IMG/VR virus record: IMGVR_UViG_3300025030_000081
Span: 1-64,000 of that record
DNA length: 64,000 nucleotides
Reading direction: 5' to 3' (one strand)
Origin: a virus
The translations under genes were made by a program, and so were the position numbers. The notes beneath the pieces are model-generated. The model ran no database searches. It worked only from the letters and a program-made list of their open reading frames with translations, and had not been told where the DNA came from. This document shows, piece by piece, positions 56,881 through 64,000 of this stretch (its first letter is position 1; each line of letters starts with the position of its first letter).

Positions 56881-57357
56881 ATGAATAACTTGATAAATCA
56901 AGATGTAATTAACATTGACTTAAAAAATAACGAGATACTCATAAGGAAGCGCAGCCACAGATCGATCCGCGCACCGTTCTCAGTAGTGAGTATGCTAACC
57001 AACAAGAAACAGAGAAGGCGGGTGATTCAAATGGATGTCTTTGATTTACTGGATAAAGTTAGCAAGGGCGCCTTCAGCGTGTTCAACAATTTGAAGTACA
57101 ACCGGTCTGAGGAAGACAACGTCACCCAGTATGTCGGCGACGAGATGAACAAGACAGAGAGGGAGAGCCTGAGCAGGCGTCTGAAGGAGCTGAAGGATGT
57201 GGGTTTGATCAGGCGGGTTAAAAAAGAGTTGAAAAGTGGTGGCGGAAAAGTTTATACATTCAAAGACCCGCGGAACACATTCATCATCAACCCGGAGATG
57301 ATCCGCTGTCAGGACCACGACGAGGCGGAACACCTATGGAACCAGTGCACCAAATAA
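56881..57357 (+). CDS. winged-helix DNA-binding protein (RepL-like)
   Basis: SLSRRLKELKDVGLIRR...FIINP pattern. Confidence 0.6.
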   Translation: MNNLINQDVINIDLKNNEILIRKRSHRSIRAPFSVVSMLTNKKQRRRVIQMDVFDLLDKVSKGAFSVFNNLKYNRSEEDNVTQYVGDEMNKTERESLSRRLKELKDVGLIRRVKKELKSGGGKVYTFKDPRNTFIINPEMIRCQDHDEAEHLWNQCTK

Positions 57358-57369
57358 GCGAGGCTATTA

Positions 57370-57606
57370 ATGGCAATTACCGATCTTCGTGAAGTGAGGT
57401 GTGGCAAGGATCCCGCGGCCATCCTTGAGACTCTCGACCACATCAGGGAGCAGATACTCTCCGGTGAGGTTATCGGCATCATGGCGGTTCTCGACCATCC
57501 GGACGGAAAGTACACGACTGTCGGTTCAGGAAGTCCCGATTCCCGACAGACGGTAGGCGGGCTGTTCGAGCTTGCCATCCGACGTGCGGGGTTCGAGTAC
57601 AGATGA
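57370..57606 (+). CDS. hypothetical protein
   Basis: GAGG RBS; in operon. Confidence 0.55.
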   Translation: MAITDLREVRCGKDPAAILETLDHIREQILSGEVIGIMAVLDHPDGKYTTVGSGSPDSRQTVGGLFELAIRRAGFEYR

Positions 57607-57627
57607 GCAACCTAAAGGACAGACTCA

Positions 57628-58329
57628 ATGAAAGCAGCGCATAACACGCCGATCACGATCGAGGAGTTCAAGGAAGCCCTGCCGGCGCACATACGCAAGA
57701 CGGTCAACCAGGACGTGCTCGACACCATCAACGCGGGCATGTCGGATCCCGAAGTGCTGGCCGTCTACCGTGAGAACGTGATAGGCCTGACGACCGTGCT
57801 GCAGGAAGGGCGCTTCAAGATGAGCGACTACCTGAGCGCGGTGAAGTTCGTCAGCCACAAGCTCTTGGGGGACAACAACATCGTCGCCTGGTCCAAGACC
57901 TTCCCCGACCGGTACAACGCCATGCGTCAGAGGGGCAATTCCTCCAGCGAGATAGCTTCCGTCTGTTCCCGTTACGGCACCAGCAAGCTGGTGATACTGT
58001 TACTGGGTCAGACGATGATGCCGACGCACATCCTCAATGCCCCACTGTACCAGAAGGCGATCAATGTGCAGGCCGATCTGATGATGAACGCCAAGAGCGA
58101 GAAGGTAAGATCCGACGCCGCGGCAAATCTTTTGTTGACATTGAAACCGCCTGAGGTTAAGAAGGTGGAGTTGTCGATCGGACTGCAGGAAGATTCAGCC
58201 ATTACTCAACTACGAGAGTCCACGATGGCACTAGTCAACCAGCAGCGTCAAATGATCGAACAGGGGGCATTGTCAGTGCGATCTATTGCCGAGAGTAAAC
58301 TGATTACCATCGATGTGACGGATGCCTAA
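57628..58329 (+). CDS. N4 gp69-like protein, putative small terminase
   Basis: YLSAVKFVSHKLLG, TFPDRY, QKAINVQADLM..AKSEKVRSDAA; directly upstream of the large terminase. Confidence 0.8.
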   Translation: MKAAHNTPITIEEFKEALPAHIRKTVNQDVLDTINAGMSDPEVLAVYRENVIGLTTVLQEGRFKMSDYLSAVKFVSHKLLGDNNIVAWSKTFPDRYNAMRQRGNSSSEIASVCSRYGTSKLVILLLGQTMMPTHILNAPLYQKAINVQADLMMNAKSEKVRSDAAANLLLTLKPPEVKKVELSIGLQEDSAITQLRESTMALVNQQRQMIEQGALSVRSIAESKLITIDVTDA

Positions 58330-60949
58330 GCCTGTACTGGAAGGCACCACCTACCCCAAGAAGACAGTGATTGAGTGGTTGAACTCGGTTGATTACGGTA
58401 ACGACCTCTTCTACGTTCCTGATGCATTCGCCCTCGAATTCCTAAACTTCATCAAGATGGTCAACGGTGATGCCGGGGAGGAACACACCTCTCCGGTTAC
58501 CCACCTGCGCATGCTGGACAATGTCCATGGACCTGACCAGAAGATCCTGAACATGTGCAGTCGCGGTTTGGCGAAGACTACCCTGATGGGTGAATACCTG
58601 TTCCTCTACATCGCCGTCTATGGCGAGATCCCCGGTTTCGGCAAGGTGAACCTGGCGCTGTATGTCTCGGACAGCATCGAGAACGGCGTCAAGAATATGA
58701 GGAAGAACCTGGAGTTCCGCTGGGAGAACAGCGCCTTCCTGCAGAAGTACGTGCCCACGACGCGCTTCACCGATATCCGCTGGGAGTTCGTCAACGCCGA
58801 CGGCCGGGTGTTCGTGGTGAAGGGGTACGGAGCCAAGGCACTGGCTCTGGACAGCAAACTGTTTACGATTAATGGCCTAACCACGATTGGGGAGTGTCGG
58901 GTGGGGGATCAGATTTTTGGAGCAGACGGAAAGCTCACGACTATCACCGCCAAGAGTGAAATGTTTCACAAGCCAATGTACCAGTTGAGTCTTGCTGATG
59001 GGCGTTCGATCCGGGCGTCAGAAGATCATCTAAACCCAGTCGTAATCAATACTAACCCAAACAACACTGTGCGCTGGGAAGAGAAAGTACTGACTACTTT
59101 GGAGCTGATGGAACAGCCACTACTCCATACCAAAAAGGGAAATCTGAAACATCGAGGCACCTCTAGCAAGAGCTTGGTATTCGTAAAAAACATTGAACCG
59201 CTACAGTACCCAGAGGCTAACCTTACTATTGACCCGTACACCTTGGGTGTTGTGATTGGGGATGGCCGGATTCGCAAGGATTGTGGGTCAGTGGAATTGA
59301 CCGTGAGCTCTGACGAATTGGCCCACTACCATGCTCAAGTGCCCTACGAGTTCGGAAAAATTTACGTGGATCCAAGATCCAGTGCAGTCACTCAGAGTAT
59401 CCGGGGATTGGGCAAGCGGCTTATGGTAATGAAGCTCAACGTACGTGGGGAGCAAAAATTCATCCCTCCCGAGTACTTCTTAGGTTCTATCGAACAGCGC
59501 CTAGCCTTGCTGCAGGGGCTGATGGACACGGATGGCACCGTCTTAGAGAACGGACGAATGAGTTTTACCAGTTCGTCGCGCCAATTGGTGAATGACCTGG
59601 CTTGCCTGGTACGTTCCTTGGGTGGCACTGCTGGTCCTATCTGCAAGCACTCTAGCGCGGAGGCATACCGGGTTGAGAGTTGGATGCAACTTAACCCATT
59701 TCGCCTAGCCCGAAAGGCTGCCCGATTTGTGGCAAAAATTAAGCATGTGGCTGTGGTGTCAATCGATCGAATTGCTGATGAACCCAGCCAGTGTATCGCG
59801 GTGAATAATGACGAGCATCAGTTTGTCACCGAATGCTATTTTCGTACTCACAATACCGGAGTCCGCGGTGCCAAGGAAATGGGTGTCCGGCCGCAGCTTG
59901 CGGTCCTGGACGACCTGATCTCCGATGAGGATGCCCGGTCGGAGACCGTCATCAAGTCGATCGAGAACACCGTCAACAAGGCGGTCAACTTCGCTCTGCA
60001 CCCCACCCACTCGAAGATCCTCTGGTCGGGCACACCCTTCAACGCGCGGGATCCCTTGTACAAGGCGGTGGAGTCCGGTGCCTGGAAGGTCAACGTCTTT
60101 CCGGTCTGCAACCAGTTCCCCTGTTCGCCGGCCGACTTCCGCGGCGCCTGGGAGAGTCGCTTCCCTTATAGCTACGTGAAGCAGCAGTACGACTTCGCGC
60201 TGGCACAGGGGAAGATCGCCGACTTCAACCAGGAGCTGATGCTTAGGATCATGAGTGAGGAGGACCGGCTGATCCTGGACGGGGACATCCTCTGGTACAA
60301 CCGCTCCAACCTGCTCGCCAACAAATCCAAATTCAACTACTACATCACCACCGACTTCGCCACCAGCGAGAAGCAATCGGCTGACTACTCGGTCATCGCG
60401 GTATGGGCACTGAACAGCAAAGGTTTTTGGTTCCTGGTGGACGGGATCTGCAAGCGGCAGACGATGGACAAGAACATAGAGTCCCTGTTCATGTTCGCCC
60501 AGATCTACAGCCCGCAGCAGGTGGGCATCGAGATAAGCGGCCAGCAGGGCGGCTTCATCCCCTGGATCCAATCGCAGATGCTGGATCGGAACTGCTACTT
60601 CACGATGGCCAGCGACGGCAACAGCAACGCCCCGGGGATCAATCCCAATACAAACAAGATGGTGCGGTTTAACATAGTCGTGCCCTGGTTTAAGTCACAC
60701 ATAATGTTCTTCCCGAATGAGCTGAAGGACACTCCGTTCATCCAGGAGTACCTCGCTGAACTTCAGCTGGTTTCTCCTGCCGGATTCAAATCCAAAAATG
60801 ATGATTGTCTTGACACAATCTCCATGCTATCTTCCCTCAAAGTTTGGCGACCGTCTGAAGCGGCGGAAATGATCCGGCGTAAAGACGATATGTGGGACAT
60901 TGAGCAAGAAAGTATTGACGACTGCGCATTAAGCTCGTATGTTGTGTGA
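58322..60949 (+). CDS. terL: large terminase subunit with intein (536 aa after splicing)
   Basis: RGLAKTT, GYGAK|TGVRG, VLDDL, TTDFATS..SADYS, DDCLD. Confidence 0.93.
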   Translation: MPKPVLEGTTYPKKTVIEWLNSVDYGNDLFYVPDAFALEFLNFIKMVNGDAGEEHTSPVTHLRMLDNVHGPDQKILNMCSRGLAKTTLMGEYLFLYIAVYGEIPGFGKVNLALYVSDSIENGVKNMRKNLEFRWENSAFLQKYVPTTRFTDIRWEFVNADGRVFVVKGYGAKALALDSKLFTINGLTTIGECRVGDQIFGADGKLTTITAKSEMFHKPMYQLSLADGRSIRASEDHLNPVVINTNPNNTVRWEEKVLTTLELMEQPLLHTKKGNLKHRGTSSKSLVFVKNIEPLQYPEANLTIDPYTLGVVIGDGRIRKDCGSVELTVSSDELAHYHAQVPYEFGKIYVDPRSSAVTQSIRGLGKRLMVMKLNVRGEQKFIPPEYFLGSIEQRLALLQGLMDTDGTVLENGRMSFTSSSRQLVNDLACLVRSLGGTAGPICKHSSAEAYRVESWMQLNPFRLARKAARFVAKIKHVAVVSIDRIADEPSQCIAVNNDEHQFVTECYFRTHNTGVRGAKEMGVRPQLAVLDDLISDEDARSETVIKSIENTVNKAVNFALHPTHSKILWSGTPFNARDPLYKAVESGAWKVNVFPVCNQFPCSPADFRGAWESRFPYSYVKQQYDFALAQGKIADFNQELMLRIMSEEDRLILDGDILWYNRSNLLANKSKFNYYITTDFATSEKQSADYSVIAVWALNSKGFWFLVDGICKRQTMDKNIESLFMFAQIYSPQQVGIEISGQQGGFIPWIQSQMLDRNCYFTMASDGNSNAPGINPNTNKMVRFNIVVPWFKSHIMFFPNELKDTPFIQEYLAELQLVSPAGFKSKNDDCLDTISMLSSLKVWRPSEAAEMIRRKDDMWDIEQESIDDCALSSYVV
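58838..59854 (+). mobile_element. 339-aa LAGLIDADG intein starting with Ala (class-3-like)
   Basis: N-terminus ALALDSKL, block B SEDHL, LGVVIGDG and LQGLMDTDG, block F QCIAV, C-terminus THN followed by Thr; lower GC than the exteins. Confidence 0.92.
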
Positions 60950-60980
60950 AAGTTGAGTCAGTTCTTACAAGGGGCATCCA

Positions 60981-61694
60981 ATGCTAAAGCTTAAAGATCT
61001 GTTTACATTGCTTGCCGCCGGGGATCTTTCCAATGTCTCGCTGGGCAGAGACAGTTATGGCGAGATCAATGAGACTGAATACCCGAAAGTGATCGGGGCC
61101 ATCAATCTCGGGTTGGTGGAGCTATGCAAACGCTTCAGGCTGTTGGAGAACGAGCTGCTGCTCCATGTCACTCCCGCCACCTCGCTCTACTACTTACGGG
61201 ACGCTAACGTCGTAGGACTGGTGCCGAGTCCCACCAGGTACATCGAACTGCTGAGCGGCCAGAGCAGCGTGAACATCATCGAGGTCACCGGGGTATTCGA
61301 TTCCGCCGGTAACGAGATCATAATCAACAACCGGCACACCACGCCAAGTATTGTTCAGGCGGCGACGGATACCTTACGGTTTAGCGGACTGACTGCCGCA
61401 ACCACGTATAACGTCGTCTACCAGGCGCACCCGGACAAGATTGATTTAAACACCGCCTACAGCTCGGAGACCTGCATACTTCCGGTACCCGATGCGGTGA
61501 TCGAACCGTTAATGTTTTACGTAGCTCACCGCATATACAAGCCGGGCGGAGTTAACAACTCTGCAGCCAATGCCGACAAAAGCGCCGGTTACCAGCAGCA
61601 GTACGAACTCTCGTGCCAGAAGATCGAGCTGCTTGGTTTAGGCATACAAAACTGCGACAGTGAGGATACATTTGCCGCGAAAGGGTGGGTCTAG
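60981..61694 (+). CDS. N4 gp67-like head-tail adaptor
   Basis: GDLSN, INLGLVELCKRF.L.E, YQAHP, terminal FAAKGWV. Confidence 0.8.
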   Translation: MLKLKDLFTLLAAGDLSNVSLGRDSYGEINETEYPKVIGAINLGLVELCKRFRLLENELLLHVTPATSLYYLRDANVVGLVPSPTRYIELLSGQSSVNIIEVTGVFDSAGNEIIINNRHTTPSIVQAATDTLRFSGLTAATTYNVVYQAHPDKIDLNTAYSSETCILPVPDAVIEPLMFYVAHRIYKPGGVNNSAANADKSAGYQQQYELSCQKIELLGLGIQNCDSEDTFAAKGWV

Positions 61695-61697
61695 TCT

Positions 61698-63884
61698 ATG
61701 GGCATGACGGAAACTGTTGATCCGGCTGGCGTCGAAATCGCTCCAATGACCAATTGGAAAAACGAGCCCAAGGTCTCTGATCTGAAACAGAACCTGGACG
61801 ACGCCGAGATCGACCATAGCGGCCATAGAGCTAATGTCACCCGCTGGCTGAACAGTCGGGCTGCGGTGCGGGCGAAGGTTGAGGGGCGTTCCAACGTGGC
61901 GCCTAAGCTGATTCGCAAGCAGGCCGAGTGGCGCTACTCCTCGCTGTCGGATCCGTTCCTGAGCACGCCGGATATCTTCAACGTCTATCCGGTCACGGCC
62001 GGCGACATCAACCGGGCGAGACAGAACGAGCTGGTGCTGAACCAGCAGTTCAATACCAAACTGGATAAAGTGAAGTTCATCGACGACTATGTCAGAGAGG
62101 CTGTGGACATCGGCACGGTCATCGTCAAGCTCGGCTGGGTGACTGAAGAAGAGGAACGCACCGAGACTAAATCGAGTTACCGGTACCTGCCGGATAACAC
62201 CGGCAAGCTGGCTGAATACTACATGCAGCTGATGCAGATGCGTGTGGAGGATCCGGAAGGCTACGCTGACCACAGCACGCCGGGCATCGATCACGCCCTG
62301 GAATTGTTTCAGCAGAGTGGTGTTGCCATGTTTGCCAAAGAGACAGGCAAGGTCACCGTCACCAAGATGGTCGAGACCAAGAACCAGCCGGTAGTCGAGA
62401 TCCCACTAAGCGAGAACATCATCATCGATCCCTCCTGCGGCGGTGACATCAGCAAGGCTCTCTTTGTCGGTGAGAAGTTCCGTTCCTCGCTGTCGGCATT
62501 GAAGCGCGACGGCAAGTACAAGAACCTGGACAAGATAAACGTCAAAGCCCTGCCGAGCACGATAGCCGAAGAAGCGACCACGACACCCCAGGCAGATCAG
62601 TCCACCTTCAGCTTCAAGGACAGCCCGCGCAAGCAATTCACCGTCCACACCTATTGGGGCGAGTGGGATATCAACGGCGACGGTACGACCCGGCAGATCG
62701 TCTGTTCCTGGGTAGGGGACGTCTGTATCCGGAAAGAATTGAATCCCTTTCCCGACCAGCTGCCGCCGTTCGTGAAGGCGGTCTACATGCCGGTACGGGC
62801 GTCCGTCTACGGTGAGCCTGACGGTGAGCTCCTGAAGGATAACCAGGACATCATCGGCGCGGTCACCCGCGGTGCGATCGATTTGATGGCCAAGTCGGCC
62901 AACAGTCAGACGGGCATGCGCAAGGACATGCTGGACGTAACCAACAAGCGCCTGTACAAGAAGGGCGCCGACTACGAGTTCAACGCCAGTGTGGATCCCG
63001 CACACGGCGTCTACCAGCACAAGTTTCCGGAGATCCCCCGGTCGGTCTTCGACATGCTCGGTGTCCAGAACAACGAGGCGGAGAGCCTGACAGGTGTCAA
63101 GGCGTACTCCTCTGGCATCAACTCCGGGGCGCTCGGTGATGGCGCGCGCAACGCCGGCCGGGTGCTGGATGCCGCGGCCCGGAGAGAGCTCGGGATTCTG
63201 CGACGCCTGGCTCAGGGCATCCTGGCCGTCGGCCGGAAGATCATCGCCATGAATGCCGAGTTCCTGTCCGAAGAAGAGGTGGTCAGGATCACCGACCGGA
63301 AGTTCATCCAGGTACGCCGGGACGACCTGGCCGGCAACTTCGATCTGCGCCTGGTCATCTCGACCGCGGAAGAGGATGCGGCCAAGGCTGAAGAGCTGGC
63401 CTTCATGCTGCAGACCGCCGGACCGAACATGGACCTGGAATTCTCCAAGATGATCTGGGCCGACATCGCCCGCCTGCGCAAGATGCCCGGGCTGGCCGAC
63501 CGGATCGAGAAGTTCCAGCCGCAACCCGATCCGCTTGCCAAGGCCAAGGCCGAGATGGAGGTTGCGCTGCTCCAGGCCCAGATCGCCAAGGAAGAGGCGC
63601 TGGCGCAGAAGCACCTGGCGGAAGCTCAGGCAGCAGGCGGCCGAGGACTCAGGGATGCCACCCAGGCGGACCTCAACCAGGCCAAGGCAGGGGAGGCATC
63701 GGCTAAGGGTGAGCTGCACCGCTCAGAGGCGGACAAGGGCAACCTGGACTACATGCAGACGGCCGACGGCACGAAGCACATGCGCGAGCTGGAGAAGCAG
63801 GACCAGAAGGACGGCAACGCTCTGGCGATCGCGGTTGCCAAAGAGAAGGCCAAGCCGGTCAAGCCGGTAGTCAGTAAGAAGTAA
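61698..63884 (+). CDS. portal protein (N4 gp59-like)
   Basis: NWKNEPKVSDLK, PKLIRKQAEWRYSSLSDPFL, ELAFMLQT. Confidence 0.92.
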   Translation: MGMTETVDPAGVEIAPMTNWKNEPKVSDLKQNLDDAEIDHSGHRANVTRWLNSRAAVRAKVEGRSNVAPKLIRKQAEWRYSSLSDPFLSTPDIFNVYPVTAGDINRARQNELVLNQQFNTKLDKVKFIDDYVREAVDIGTVIVKLGWVTEEEERTETKSSYRYLPDNTGKLAEYYMQLMQMRVEDPEGYADHSTPGIDHALELFQQSGVAMFAKETGKVTVTKMVETKNQPVVEIPLSENIIIDPSCGGDISKALFVGEKFRSSLSALKRDGKYKNLDKINVKALPSTIAEEATTTPQADQSTFSFKDSPRKQFTVHTYWGEWDINGDGTTRQIVCSWVGDVCIRKELNPFPDQLPPFVKAVYMPVRASVYGEPDGELLKDNQDIIGAVTRGAIDLMAKSANSQTGMRKDMLDVTNKRLYKKGADYEFNASVDPAHGVYQHKFPEIPRSVFDMLGVQNNEAESLTGVKAYSSGINSGALGDGARNAGRVLDAAARRELGILRRLAQGILAVGRKIIAMNAEFLSEEEVVRITDRKFIQVRRDDLAGNFDLRLVISTAEEDAAKAEELAFMLQTAGPNMDLEFSKMIWADIARLRKMPGLADRIEKFQPQPDPLAKAKAEMEVALLQAQIAKEEALAQKHLAEAQAAGGRGLRDATQADLNQAKAGEASAKGELHRSEADKGNLDYMQTADGTKHMRELEKQDQKDGNALAIAVAKEKAKPVKPVVSKK

Positions 63885-63949
63885 CAAGCGCTCAGCGCAT
63901 ACTATAACTCTAGCCCGACAACGGGGCAGAGGACACAAGGAGATTCACC

Positions 63950-64000
63950 ATGAGCACTGCAGAGGACCTGAACAGCATCGAAATAAGCATCGCCCAGGCG
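63950..64000 (+). CDS. start of an N4 gp58-like protein (truncated)
   Basis: AAGGAG RBS; MSTAEDLNSIEISIAQA directly after the portal gene. Confidence 0.6.
   Translation, partial: MSTAEDLNSIEISIAQA

Noticed and set aside
1-64000. Integrated prophage or alternative genetic code
   Set aside because: No integrase, att-like junction or host genes are present, and core genes read through intact in the standard code.

Overview
This window is most of an N4-like (Schitoviridae-type) podophage genome, about 57% GC by eye, opened at a point other than its natural ends. The + strand from 1 to 19.2 kb holds the late virion block. It starts with the 3' part of a gene resembling the N-terminal (injection) domain of the virion RNA polymerase. 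A ~7.1 kb tail/adhesin plus lysis cassette follows, then a 2550-aa virion RNA polymerase (vRNAP) core and C-terminal domain, then a tail fibre and chaperone. The - strand from 19.3 to 54.2 kb carries early and middle genes: gp2-like activator, two-subunit RNAP II, WGR-ligase, AAA/vWA pair, helicase, split DNA polymerase, resolvase, exonuclease, intron-split primase, Sak4-like ATPase, SSB, kinase and ThyX. The + strand from 54.6 to 64 kb has small genes, small and large terminase (with an intein), gp67, portal and the start of gp58. The main candidate novelty is that the vRNAP appears split into two genes. Each visible part is Cys-free except for one cysteine at the facing terminus, which suggests a disulfide or docking link. 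Other points of interest are a twister-ribozyme-like RNA inside an ncRNA cluster, a group I intron in the primase Walker A motif, and a DNA polymerase split by an HNH gene with intein-like tails. There is also an Ala1 class-3-like intein, a pseudoknot upstream of SSB, and N4-type C-GGA-G DNA hairpins. All family assignments come from motif recognition by eye; no searches were run.
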